A stretch of DNA of 64,000 bases from an uncultured Gemmataceae bacterium. GTDB lineage: Bacteria; Planctomycetota; Planctomycetia; Gemmatales; Gemmataceae. The notes beneath the pieces are model-generated. The model did no database searches. It worked only from the letters and a program-made list of their open reading frames with translations, and was not told the origin of the DNA. Shown one piece after another: positions 10,511 to 19,986 of the stretch. The DNA lies in NCBI GenBank assembly GCA_963750165.1, contig CAVVPN010000001.1, positions 160,001 to 224,000 on the forward strand, given 5' to 3'. Numbering within the stretch: the stretch's first letter is position 1; every line of letters begins with the position of its first letter. Both the position numbers and the translations under genes were made by a program.

Positions 10511-10948
10511 GTGTCAACCGACCTTGGACAAAGGACCGAACAGCGACCCGCCTCGCGGGCTGACCTGGCCCGTCAGCTCCTGGCGCGGGTGGACCGGCTC
10601 GCGCCGCGTCTGAGTAACGTGTCGCTGGCCGCCGAGGTTCAACTGCTCAGGCGGGAACTCGCACGCAGCCACCCAGTCCTGTCGGCCCGGCCCGAAGACA
10701 ACAACTTCGTTTCCGTCGTCACCCTGGTCGAGGCGGCTCTGGCGTCCTTAACCTGGAAGGGCTACACGCCGGCGGTACTCGATGCCCTGCGGAAGGCTTT
10801 CTCCGCCGGCCTGCGCGAAGGAGAGTTTACCTTCGAGGAGTACGAGGCCATCCGCCGGCACTTCCAGGCGTCGGGAATCTTTACCGGCCCGACCACCGAC
10901 CTGTCCTCGCCCGACCTGGAAGAGGACGAGGATGGCCCGCAAGCGTAG
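10511..10948 (+). CDS. Hypothetical protein
   Basis: GGAGGGG before GTG; coding-like composition; acidic tail overlaps the next start. Confidence 0.55.
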   Translation: MSTDLGQRTEQRPASRADLARQLLARVDRLAPRLSNVSLAAEVQLLRRELARSHPVLSARPEDNNFVSVVTLVEAALASLTWKGYTPAVLDALRKAFSAGLREGEFTFEEYEAIRRHFQASGIFTGPTTDLSSPDLEEDEDGPQA

Positions 10949-11012
10949 CACGGCCAGCCTCCTGCTCGATACGTCGGCTGTTTTCCACCAGCTGCACGGG
11001 CACACCCTTCAG
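10932..11012 (+). pseudogene. Truncated PIN-like protein N-terminus
   Basis: MARKRSTASLLLDTSAVFHQ has a PIN-type hhDTS motif; protein-like sequence ends at the tRNA-Pro fragment. Confidence 0.4.
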
Positions 11013-11055
11013 CGACTGGATTCGTACGAGCGACCTCCTGAACCCCATTCAGGCG
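11013..11055 (-). other. Decayed 3' half of tRNA-Pro(GGG), putative island attachment site
   Basis: Minus strand CGCCTGA-ATGGGGT-TCAGG-AGGTC-GCTCG-TACGAAT-CCAGT-CG: intact anticodon arm, mutated T-arm, no D-arm or 5' acceptor strand. Confidence 0.75.
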
Positions 11056-11142
11056 GTAGCAGGACTGGAAATCGCAAGAGCAAGGCATTTCACGGCTTAC
11101 AAATCGTACACTTCCCATATTTTATAGGAACTTGGCCCTGCG

Positions 11143-11192
11143 CAAGTCCAAATCGCACATTTTCCACGGAGTTTCCTGCCTTTTCCTGCCCT
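11143..11192 (+). repeat. 50-bp exact direct repeat, copy 1
   Basis: CAAGTCCAAATCGCACATTTTCCACGGAGTTTCCTGCCTTTTCCTGCCCT, identical at 21228-21277. Confidence 0.92.
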
Positions 11193-11274
11193 GCTATCCG
11201 CCTTCAGCCACCGTGAATCTGCGGAATCTGTTTCTCCTCGATCGACGTGACCGGAGCGCGCTATGGACATCAGC

Positions 11275-11501
11275 TGCTCTGAAAATCCCCTTCAGGCGGG
11301 TGCCGGTTCGAGGGTAACTCGATGTCCCAACTTCTCCAGGCGGTTGACCAGTTGGCGGGTCAGGAGTTCCGGTTCCAGCCGGTCCAGGAAGTCCGCACCC
11401 AGTTCCTCGTAGCTCGTGCCGCGCTTCGGCAGGTGGTAGACGATCATCAGCAACGAGTGCCCCAAGGCCACCAGCCCAGCGCCTTCTTGCGTCCGCGCCA
11501 T
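11275..11501 (-). pseudogene. IS110-family transposase C-terminal remnant with element end
   Basis: VALGHSLLMIVYHL..RGTSYEELGADFLDRLEPE..TRQLVNRLEKLGHRVTLEPA*, followed by ATTTTCAGAGCAG. Confidence 0.78.
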
Positions 11502-12892
11502 CAGGACCTTGCGGGCACGGCGGCGAAGAGCGCGGCGAGCCCTTCGGCCATCGTCGGGTGAGTCAGGGTCGCATCGCGCAGGGCCACGTAGGGCAGCCCC
11601 GCGGTCATGGCGACCTGGACGATTGTCATGACCGCGCCGGCCTCAAAGCTGAACGCGGTGAAGCCGAGGATACGGTCGCTGTCGGCAGCGACCAGGGCCT
11701 TGAAAAAGCCGCGCGGCTCGGAGAGCGTCCGGGTGCGGAGGATTGCCGTCGCGGACAGTTTCGCCAGCCGGTAGGCGATCCCGCACCCCTTCGCCTCCGA
11801 CTCGTTCAGGCCGACTCTGGCCAGTTCGGGGTCAGTGAACAGGCAGAAGGGAACGAGGCGGCCGGCCGTCGTGCGGTCGATGCCGACGAGGTTGTTGTGG
11901 ACCACGCGGACGTCGTCGTCGGCGACATGCGTGAAGTGGGGGCTGCCGGCGCAGTCTCCCACCGCCCAGACGCCGGGGGCCGTGGTCCGCAGGCGCTCAT
12001 CGACCTTAACGAAACCCCGTTCGTCCCGCTCCACCCCGGCGTACTCCAGGCCGATGCCGTCGGTGTTCGGCGTCCGGCCGCCCGCGACCAGCAGGTCCGA
12101 CCCCTCGATCGTTTCCGCAGTCCCGCCCCGCGTGAGGCGCAGCCTCACGGCGGTGCCGGACTGCCCCTCCACGCGCTCGACGTGCGCGCCCGTGCGGACC
12201 TCAATCCCCTCATCCAGGAAGAGGTCGCGTAGGGCCTCCGAGACGTCGCGATCCTCCCGATGGGCCAGGGTGTCGTTGCGCTCGACGACCGTCACCCGGC
12301 TGCCGAAGCGCCGGAGGGCCTGGGCGAATTCGAGGCCGACGTAGCCGCCACCCAGAACGAGCAGGTGCTCCGGGACTCGGTCCAGTTCGAGCGTCTCGAT
12401 GGGGGTCATCGGCCGGGCCTCGGCCAGACCAGGGATCGGCTCGATCCGCGCCCGGGAACCCGTACTGATCACGACGACATCGCCCCGCAGCCGGCGCGTT
12501 GGGCCGTCGGTGGCCCTCACCTCTATCGTCCTGGGGCCGACGAATCGGCCCTGCCCCATGACCAGTTCCGCGCCGCTCTCCCGATACCTCCGGTGATTCA
12601 GCGCGACCATCCCCTCGACCATCTTCCGCTTTCCTTCGCGGACGGCGGTCATCTCGACCTTCCAGTCTCCGTGGGCGATGCCAAATTCGCAACCCCTGCG
12701 GAAATAGGCGGCGACCTTCGCGCTGTGGATCAAATACTTGCTCGGTAGACAGGCGATGCTAGGGCAGGAGCCCGTGACGTACTGCCGCTCGACGACCGCT
12801 GTGCGTTTGCCCTGCGCGGCCAGCGACCAGGCCAAGAACCTGCCCCTCCCGCTGCCGAGCACCACCAGGTCGTATTCCTCGGGTTGTGACAC
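11501..12892 (-). CDS. Flavin-disulfide oxidoreductase (RclA/MerA-like, lacking the MerA C-terminal Cys pair)
   Basis: GSGRG, redox motif CPSIAC, GGGYVGLE, GDCAG, HPTMAE. Confidence 0.9.
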   Translation of the reverse strand: MSQPEEYDLVVLGSGRGRFLAWSLAAQGKRTAVVERQYVTGSCPSIACLPSKYLIHSAKVAAYFRRGCEFGIAHGDWKVEMTAVREGKRKMVEGMVALNHRRYRESGAELVMGQGRFVGPRTIEVRATDGPTRRLRGDVVVISTGSRARIEPIPGLAEARPMTPIETLELDRVPEHLLVLGGGYVGLEFAQALRRFGSRVTVVERNDTLAHREDRDVSEALRDLFLDEGIEVRTGAHVERVEGQSGTAVRLRLTRGGTAETIEGSDLLVAGGRTPNTDGIGLEYAGVERDERGFVKVDERLRTTAPGVWAVGDCAGSPHFTHVADDDVRVVHNNLVGIDRTTAGRLVPFCLFTDPELARVGLNESEAKGCGIAYRLAKLSATAILRTRTLSEPRGFFKALVAADSDRILGFTAFSFEAGAVMTIVQVAMTAGLPYVALRDATLTHPTMAEGLAALFAAVPARS

Positions 12893-12915
12893 GGTTTTCC
12901 CCTTCGCGTTGATGC

Positions 12916-13317
12916 CTATCGGGGATCCACTGCCATGGCGGCGACAATTTCGACTTCGACCAGGAACTCAGGTCGGACGAGTTGGGGGATGACCAGGAGC
13001 ATGGAGGCGGGCCGCGCGTCGCCCAGGAAGCGCGACCGCACCCTGGCGTAGGCCGGGATGTCCTCGGCGCGCGTCAGATACTGGGTGACCTTGACGATGT
13101 CGCCGACGGTCATGCCGACCCGCTCCAGCAAGCTGATGACATGCTGCCAGGAGCGCTCGGCCTGGCCCGCGACGCCACCGGGAAGTTCGCCGGTCGTCGA
13201 AAGGCCGGGAGTTCCGGACATCAACAACCATCGCAGGCCGGGCTTAACCTCGATGGCGTCGCTGTAGGCCCCGATCTGTTTGGCAACGCCAAGGTCATGG
13301 ACGGCGTGCGTCGTCAT
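12916..13317 (-). CDS. Rid (YjgF/YER057c/UK114) family protein
   Basis: GAYSDA, MSGTPG, IVKVTQYL, RPASMLL, LVEVEIVA. Confidence 0.9.
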   Translation of the reverse strand: MTTHAVHDLGVAKQIGAYSDAIEVKPGLRWLLMSGTPGLSTTGELPGGVAGQAERSWQHVISLLERVGMTVGDIVKVTQYLTRAEDIPAYARVRSRFLGDARPASMLLVIPQLVRPEFLVEVEIVAAMAVDPR

Positions 13318-13380
13318 GGCACCTCCTCTGAGGGAACTGACACCGGGGCGAATTTGTTCTCCAATCGGCCCTCGATTTCT

Positions 13381-13857
13381 CTACCTTGCCTGGTCTTGCG
13401 GTGGCCCCGCGCGGGCTGTCCCCAGTGCCTCGCCCGCCGTGTACAGGGCGGTTCCCAGCAGGACAACGTCCTTGAGCAAGAACTGCCCCGGTAGGGCCGA
13501 CAATGCCGGGAAGCCACCCAGGCTTGCCTCCCAGCCCGGCGTGGTGATCAGGAAGCTCAGCGTGGTCAGGAACATTCCCGCCGCAAGGAGACTGCCTAGC
13601 GCCGAACCCCTCGGCCACACAGGACGCAGCGCGACCAGCACCCCGAGGGCGATCTCGATCACACCCAGCACCGCGGCGAACTGACCCACGCTCAGGACGC
13701 GGTAAACCCAGGCCAGCGGGGGGCTGTTCGCCACCAGCGGTCGGACGCCTCCGGCCTCGTAGGCCGTGAACTTCATTCCGCCGATCCAGAGTAGCACGAC
13801 CACCAGCCCGTAACGGGAGGCGTGTGTGCCGATCATCTTCAGTCGATCACTCAGCAT
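13381..13857 (-). CDS. rclC: DUF417/RclC (YkgB)-like inner-membrane protein
   Basis: LWIGGMKFTAYEA..VRPLVANSP, TTLSFLITTPG, GQFLLKD. Confidence 0.85.
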   Translation of the reverse strand: MLSDRLKMIGTHASRYGLVVVLLWIGGMKFTAYEAGGVRPLVANSPPLAWVYRVLSVGQFAAVLGVIEIALGVLVALRPVWPRGSALGSLLAAGMFLTTLSFLITTPGWEASLGGFPALSALPGQFLLKDVVLLGTALYTAGEALGTARAGPPQDQAR

Positions 13858-13889
13858 CAAACTCGGCTCCGGTTGGGGCAAGGCAGCCG

Positions 13890-14513
13890 TCAGTCGCCAC
13901 GGGATTTCTGCTTCTCAAGCACCGGGTAGCCGCGGACGTACACCCAGTCGTCTTTCTTGGCCGGCACGTGACACACCCGACAGTCGGTCTTGTAGTCCGT
14001 GGTCACGTTGCGCGCGGGCTCCTTGGCCAGGAACAGGGCCCAGCCCCAGCCGTCGCCCCACAGGTCGTTGCCGGGGAAGCGACCCTTGGCGTCCTTGATC
14101 ATCACGAACCAGAGCTTGATGCCCGTGGCTCGGTGCGCCTGCCCCGTGGTGAGCCGCTCCGAATCGACCCCGGTGACTTCCTTCACCAACACCGCGCCGT
14201 CAGGGAACTTGCCGTCCCGTTGATACGCCCGGACGTCCTCCGGCCGCGCGTAGGTGATGTGCAACTCATCGACTGGTTGGTTCGGTTTCGTGGCCACGGC
14301 GTACGTGCCCACATACTGGAACGTCTTGCGGTAATCGGTCGGCCGCGTAATGCCGCCGTCCTTCGTGACGAAGGGCGAGAAGTCGCCGGCCGCCTGGGCG
14401 GGCCGCTTGTCCGGCAGCGCCGACTGTGACTCGCCGGGCGCGATCGTCGCCGCGACGAGCGCCGTCAAGGCCAGGCAGGCGGCGGCCAGCCGGCAGAGAA
14501 TCCTGGTATTCAT
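13890..14513 (-). CDS. Cytochrome P460-family protein (second copy, divergent)
   Basis: Signal peptide; RPTDYR; FPDGAVLVKE; WGDGWGWALF; C-terminal CRVCH; YPVL. Confidence 0.87.
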   Translation of the reverse strand: MNTRILCRLAAACLALTALVAATIAPGESQSALPDKRPAQAAGDFSPFVTKDGGITRPTDYRKTFQYVGTYAVATKPNQPVDELHITYARPEDVRAYQRDGKFPDGAVLVKEVTGVDSERLTTGQAHRATGIKLWFVMIKDAKGRFPGNDLWGDGWGWALFLAKEPARNVTTDYKTDCRVCHVPAKKDDWVYVRGYPVLEKQKSRGD

Positions 14514-14590
14514 GGGGTGCGTCTCCTGGGTTTGGGGCAGGGGACGCGGGGCGGCCCGGACGAGTCGGCCGCACCGCGCTCCGGGCCACC

Positions 14591-15196
14591 TTATTTCGAG
14601 CGCGGGGCCGCCGCACGCAGGACGGGGTAGTACTGACTGAAGACGAAGTCCTTCGCGGCGTTGGTCTGGTGACAACTGTTGCACGCGAAGGCGGCGTTCT
14701 TCGCCACCTCCTTTTTGAGGGGGAGCTTGTGGCCGAAGCTGAAGTAAGCCCAGTTGCCGGGCTCGTCCTTGAAGCGCTTCGAGTCCTTGATGGACGCCTC
14801 CAGGCCGGTGAAGTCGCCCATGAAGTAACCCTTGCCGCTGGTCGCCTTCTTGGTTCCGACGCTGATGAGATCCTTGACGATGACGGTGCCGTCGCGGAAC
14901 TCGCCGGTCTTTTGGTAGTGGGCGTAGCTTTCGGGGTCGATGTAGACCGCGTGGAACTCGGGGAACGGGGCCTCGCCTCCGTTGAGTTCGTTGGGGGTCA
15001 AAGGCGTGCCGATGTACACCCATTGGCGATAGCCGACCGGCTGTTTGAGCTTCCCGTCAGGGGTGTATTCGACCAGCGCCTTCTTCTGGCCGCCGCCGGA
15101 CTGCGGGGCAGCCCCGGCCAGCACATACGACAGTCCGGCGACCCCGACCAGGATCGCGACGCCCGCGATCACTCGTGACCTGTTCGATCCGAGCAT
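14591..15196 (-). CDS. cytL: Cytochrome P460 (CytL-like)
   Basis: Signal peptide; YRQWVYIGTPLTPNELNGGEAPF; FRDGTVIVK; GLEASIKDSKRF; GNWAYF; CNSCH; FSQYYPVLRAA. Confidence 0.92.
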   Translation of the reverse strand: MLGSNRSRVIAGVAILVGVAGLSYVLAGAAPQSGGGQKKALVEYTPDGKLKQPVGYRQWVYIGTPLTPNELNGGEAPFPEFHAVYIDPESYAHYQKTGEFRDGTVIVKDLISVGTKKATSGKGYFMGDFTGLEASIKDSKRFKDEPGNWAYFSFGHKLPLKKEVAKNAAFACNSCHQTNAAKDFVFSQYYPVLRAAAPRSK

Positions 15197-15457
15197 GGTG
15201 CTACCTCCTCGCTTTCGGGAAAAGAGATGGTTGTGCCGTCGTCCGGTTGCGTCAGGGGAGGGGCCGCGTGCCCGGACACGAAGTCGCCCCTGCGGAGGTC
15301 CGCGCCCCCGATGGCGTGGACGCGGCTCGACACCGCGCCCGCCTGTGGTCGCGGCCACCCGTTCATGCCCTCTTCGTCTACAATAAAAAGCGTGGAGAAG
15401 GTATCACCTGGCCGCGATCTTGTTGCCCTGGTGTCGCGGCGACGTCGGGGAGTTACC

Positions 15458-16093
15458 ATGCACGACGAACCCACCTCAGCCGTCGTCAAGCGCTACCTGG
15501 ATGAGCTTGCCGACGGTTCGCCCGCCGAGCCAATCATCCGGGCCCTGCTGGCCCGGGCCGTTCACCGGTTGCAGCAGTTGTGCAGTTCGCTGCTCTTCCG
15601 GAGTTACCCGCGGCTGACGCAGCCGCCGCTGAACCTGCAGGCGGACGAGATGCTCGGCGCCTTGGTGGAGCGCCTGCTCAAGGCCCTGCGTGAAGCACGC
15701 CCCGCGACCGTCCGACAATTCCTCGCTTTGGCCTCCCAACACGTGCGCTGGGAGTTGAATGACCTGGCCCGCCGCCTAGATGAACAGCCCGCCGCCGTGG
15801 AACTGCTCGACGGGGGCGTACCGGCGCCGGCCAGTAGCGACTCGGGCCTCACCCCGGTGGCCCGCCGTATGATCGAGGCGATCGACCGCCTGCCGGAGGG
15901 CGAGCGCGAGGCGTTCGACCTGGTGCGCATTCAGGGGATGACGCAGGCTGAGGCCGCCCAGGTCCTCGGCGTCACGGTGTTGACCGTCAAGCGGCGCCTG
16001 AACCGCTGCATGCGCGTGCTGACCGCAACGCTCCGAGACCTCGCGCCGGGCGGCGCGTCTGCCCCGGCCGTGCGTGGAGGGTCTGCATCATGA
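15458..16093 (+). CDS. ECF sigma factor associated with a Ser/Thr kinase
   Basis: Region 4 LPEGEREAFDLVRIQGMTQAEAAQVLGV..VKRRL; ATGA overlap with the kinase. Confidence 0.88.
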   Translation: MHDEPTSAVVKRYLDELADGSPAEPIIRALLARAVHRLQQLCSSLLFRSYPRLTQPPLNLQADEMLGALVERLLKALREARPATVRQFLALASQHVRWELNDLARRLDEQPAAVELLDGGVPAPASSDSGLTPVARRMIEAIDRLPEGEREAFDLVRIQGMTQAEAAQVLGVTVLTVKRRLNRCMRVLTATLRDLAPGGASAPAVRGGSAS

Positions 16094-19000
16094 CCGACGA
16101 CCCGCGCGTGCAACAGCTACTCGACGAATTGTTCGATTCCCACGTCACGCCGGAAGAAGTCTGCGGCTCCTGCCCCGAGTTGCTGCCCGAGGTCCGCGAC
16201 CAATGGCGGCAGATGTGTCGCGTCCGGGACGAACTCGACGCGCTGCTCCCGCCGCCCGACGCGGAGTTGGACCCGACGGAGGCACCGCCGGGCGGCGGCG
16301 CCCTGCCCCAGATCCCTGGCTATGAAGTCCAGGAGGTGTTGGGCCACGGCGGAATGGGCATCGTCTACAAAGCCCGACACCTGCACCTCAACCGCGCGGT
16401 CGCCCTGAAGATGCTGCTCGCCGGCGCGGGCCCCCAACCGGAGTACCGGCAACGCTTCTTGCGGGAAGCGGAAGCGGTGGCGTGCTTGCGGCATCCGAAC
16501 ATCGTCCAGGTCCACGACATCGGCAACCAGAACGGCCAACCCTACTTCACGATGGAGTTTGTCGAGGGCGGCAACCTGGCCCAGAAATTGGCGGGCGCGC
16601 CCCAACCTCCCAAACAAGCCGCCGCGCTGCTGGCGACCCTGGCCGAGGCCGTGCAGGCGGCCCACCAGAGCGGTATCGTGCATCGGGATCTGAAGCCGGC
16701 GAACGTCCTCCTTACCGCCGACGGCACGCCCAAGATCAGCGACTTCGGGCTGGCCCGGCGGTTGGACGGCGCGGCCGGCCTCACTCGGACCGGCACCGCG
16801 CTGGGGACGCCGAGCTACATGGCCCCCGAGCAAGCCGAAGCCAGGCCGCTCACGGTGGGGCCTGCCGTCGATATTTATGCTTTGGGGGCCATCCTGTACG
16901 AACTGCTGACCGGCCGACCGCCGTTCCGGGCGGAAACGGCGGTGGAAACCGTCCGTCAGTTGACCTCCCAGGACCCGGTGCCGCCGTCGCGGCTCAACGG
17001 TAAGGTGCCCCGCGACCTGGAGACCGTCTGCCTCAAGTGCCTCCACAAGATCCCCGCCCGCCGCTACGCCAGCGCCCGGGATTTGGCCGACGACCTCCAT
17101 CGCTTCCTGGAGGGCAAGCCAGTCCGCGCCCGTCCGGTCGGGGCCGCCGAGCGCACCGTGAAGTGGGCAAGGCGGCGGCCGGCGGCGGCGGCGCTGCTGA
17201 GCGCGGCGCTGCTGGTCATGATCGGGTCGGCGGCCGAGACCGGCCTTTGGCTGCGACAGCAGGAAGCCGACCGCAATGAGGCGAAGGCTCAACGAGAGGG
17301 GAAGGCGCGTGAGGTTATCGAGAATGCACTGCGGCGAGCGGACGACCTCCGGCGGGAGGAGCGGTGGGCAGAGGCGCTACACGTCTTGACGGAGGCATCG
17401 ACCCAGTTCCCGGAAACCGGCTCGCCGCCGTTAGAGGTCCGGCTCCGGCAGGCGCAGTCGGACCTCCGAATCGCCGCCGACCTTGAGCGCGTTCGGGAGA
17501 ACAGTCCGCTCCAGCCCGACGGCGGAATCGACTACTCGCAGTGGGCGAAGGCATACCAGGAGGCGTTTGATCGGGTGGGGCTCCGGACCGGCGACGACCC
17601 GGAAACGGTCGCGGCTTACATGCGGGCCTCTGCGATCCGCAACCAACTCGTGGCCGCCGCCGACAACCGGGCGGTCGTGGAGTTCATGGTGAACGACGGG
17701 CCGCTGGTGGAGCGACTCTTGCGGATCGCCCGACTGGCCGATCCGGAGCCGCGCTGGCGGGGCCGATTCCGCGACCCGGCCGTCTGGCGCGGCCGGGAGC
17801 GACTCCTTCAGCTCGCCGCCGACGCATTCAACACCTCGCCGCCCCCGCCGGGGCATCAACTGTCGTTGCTCGGACTGTTGCTGATGAGGGCGAAGGCTTT
17901 TAGCCAGAGCGCTGAGTTGCTGGGCGAGGCGTGTCGTCGCCAACCGAACAACTTCTGGCTCAACCGCGAGATGGGCACTGCGCTGTTCAGGCAAGCCCGG
18001 TTCCTGGAGTCGGCCGCCTACCGCCGCGCCGCGTTGGCGTTGCGGCCGGACAACGCCGGGGCCCATGAGGCGCTCGGCATGACCTTGTTCCGCACCGGCC
18101 AGACCGATGCCGCCCTTGCCGCGTACCGCCGTGCTGTTGAGTTGTCCCCCACCGGTCGTTCGTCCCGTACGCGCCTCGTGGGCGCCCTGGCGGAAGCCGG
18201 CTACTGGAAGGAGGCGGAGGCCGAGTGTCGCCGCGCCCTCGAGATCGACCCTGCCAACTACCTCGCGCCCAGCCGTCTGGCCTTGGTTCTTTGGGAACAC
18301 CGACGGCATGAGGACGCGATCGTCCTGTCTCGCAAGGTGATCGAGATCAACCCCGCCGTCGTCGAAGCGTACACTTATCTCGGCTATTCCTTGATGCGGA
18401 TGGGCCGACACGACGACGCCGTGACGGCCTTGCGCAAAGTGACGGAGTTGACCCCGAAGAACGCCAATGTTCGCCAGCAGTTGGCCCATGGACTGGCCGA
18501 GATCGGATGTCCTGAGGAAGCCATCACCCAGCTGCAAAGCGCGAGCGCCCTGATGCCCAACATCTCGTTCTACAGGGAATTGGGCACGCTGCTCCGGGCG
18601 CAGGGCCGGCCGGAGGCGGCGGCCGCTGCCTACCGGAAGGCTGCGAACCTCGACCCTCAAATCGGCGTGGTCTGGGACGAACTGGCGGCGTCGTTGCTCG
18701 ACCTGGGTCGCTTCGCCGAAGCCCGCGCGGCGACGCAACGTTCGCTAGATCTGCCCGCGACAGCAGCGGACCGCCGAGCGCAGCAGCGACAACGGGACCT
18801 CTGCGACGCGCTGCTCTCCGTCGATGCCGACCTCCCTGCAATCCTCGCAGGTAAAGAGCGGCCGAGGAAGGTATCCACCCAGCTGGCTCTGGCAGAGTGG
18901 TGCCTGAAGCACAGGCGCCTGCCGGCCACGGCCGTGGGTTTTTATGACGCGGCCCTCGCGGCGAAACCGTCCCTCATCGACGACCTGGAGGCCGGCCATC

Positions 19001-19956
19001 GGTTTGACGCCGCCTGTGCGGCCGCCGCCGGCAGTGGAGTCGGCAAGGACGTCGCCGAATTTGACGGCCAGCGGCGGGCGGCGCTGCGCCGGCAGGCGCT
19101 CAACTGGTTGACGGCCGAGTACGACGCCTGGGCGGCACGACACCGCGTCGGCAAACGAGGCGACCGGACGGTCGTGGCGACGGCCATGCGCTCCTGGCGG
19201 CAGAACAAGGACCTGGCCGGGGTTCGCGAAGAGCAAGCGTTGGCCAAATTGCCCCTGGAGGAGCGACGATCCTGGCAAACGCTTTGGGCCAACGTGGCGA
19301 CGCTCGCGGCGCGTGACCCGGTCGCCTTGTTCGACCAGGCCCGAGTGCATGTCAGCCGGCGGGAGTGGGGGAAGGCGGCCGAGTGTTACGCCGCGGCGTT
19401 CGATCTGGAGCCTACGGAAAACGGCGAACTCTGGTTCGAGTATGCCGCGGCGCAACTGCTCGCAGGGGACCGGCCGGGCTACCGCCGAACGTGCGCTCAG
19501 ATGCTGGCCCGCTGTCAACCGAAGGGGCCGATGCGTCCCTACCTCGTCGCCCGCGCCTGTACGCTGGCGCCCGATTCGGCCGATGACCCGGAACTGCCGG
19601 GCCGGCTGTCTTCCCGCGAACTGCTGCAAAGTCGGAATGCGTATTGGTCGCTCACCGAACAGGCCGCCCTGGCTTTCCGGGCGGGTCAGTTTCAGGAGGC
19701 CGTGCCGCTGCTGGAAGGCAGCATCACGGCCGACGGGCGGCCCGGCCGGGCGGTGGTGAACTGGTTGTGGCTGGCGCTCGTCTACCACAGGACGGGCAAG
19801 AACGACGAAGCACTGCGGCAGTTGGACAAGGCCGCCGGTTGGTTGGACCAACAGGGCGGTCGGATGCCGCTCGAAACCTCCGCCATGGGAATGCACCGGC
19901 ACAACTGGCTCGAAGCCAACGTACTGCTACAGGAGGCGGAGGGGCTGCTTCGATAG
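16090..19956 (+). CDS. Ser/Thr protein kinase with TPR repeats
   Basis: LGHGGMG, VALK, HRDLKPAN, DFG, GTPSYMAPE; multiple TPR-like repeats in the C-terminal half. Confidence 0.95.
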   Translation: MTDDPRVQQLLDELFDSHVTPEEVCGSCPELLPEVRDQWRQMCRVRDELDALLPPPDAELDPTEAPPGGGALPQIPGYEVQEVLGHGGMGIVYKARHLHLNRAVALKMLLAGAGPQPEYRQRFLREAEAVACLRHPNIVQVHDIGNQNGQPYFTMEFVEGGNLAQKLAGAPQPPKQAAALLATLAEAVQAAHQSGIVHRDLKPANVLLTADGTPKISDFGLARRLDGAAGLTRTGTALGTPSYMAPEQAEARPLTVGPAVDIYALGAILYELLTGRPPFRAETAVETVRQLTSQDPVPPSRLNGKVPRDLETVCLKCLHKIPARRYASARDLADDLHRFLEGKPVRARPVGAAERTVKWARRRPAAAALLSAALLVMIGSAAETGLWLRQQEADRNEAKAQREGKAREVIENALRRADDLRREERWAEALHVLTEASTQFPETGSPPLEVRLRQAQSDLRIAADLERVRENSPLQPDGGIDYSQWAKAYQEAFDRVGLRTGDDPETVAAYMRASAIRNQLVAAADNRAVVEFMVNDGPLVERLLRIARLADPEPRWRGRFRDPAVWRGRERLLQLAADAFNTSPPPPGHQLSLLGLLLMRAKAFSQSAELLGEACRRQPNNFWLNREMGTALFRQARFLESAAYRRAALALRPDNAGAHEALGMTLFRTGQTDAALAAYRRAVELSPTGRSSRTRLVGALAEAGYWKEAEAECRRALEIDPANYLAPSRLALVLWEHRRHEDAIVLSRKVIEINPAVVEAYTYLGYSLMRMGRHDDAVTALRKVTELTPKNANVRQQLAHGLAEIGCPEEAITQLQSASALMPNISFYRELGTLLRAQGRPEAAAAAYRKAANLDPQIGVVWDELAASLLDLGRFAEARAATQRSLDLPATAADRRAQQRQRDLCDALLSVDADLPAILAGKERPRKVSTQLALAEWCLKHRRLPATAVGFYDAALAAKPSLIDDLEAGHRFDAACAAAAGSGVGKDVAEFDGQRRAALRRQALNWLTAEYDAWAARHRVGKRGDRTVVATAMRSWRQNKDLAGVREEQALAKLPLEERRSWQTLWANVATLAARDPVALFDQARVHVSRREWGKAAECYAAAFDLEPTENGELWFEYAAAQLLAGDRPGYRRTCAQMLARCQPKGPMRPYLVARACTLAPDSADDPELPGRLSSRELLQSRNAYWSLTEQAALAFRAGQFQEAVPLLEGSITADGRPGRAVVNWLWLALVYHRTGKNDEALRQLDKAAGWLDQQGGRMPLETSAMGMHRHNWLEANVLLQEAEGLLR

Positions 19957-19986
19957 TCGCGGCGTTTTCCAAAGTGTCCCGTTTTA

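Noticed and set aside
11501..12892. Mercuric reductase (merA) call for this gene and for 37953-39321
   Set aside because: Neither has the C-terminal Cys-Cys pair or an N-terminal metal-binding domain, and no mer genes are nearby.
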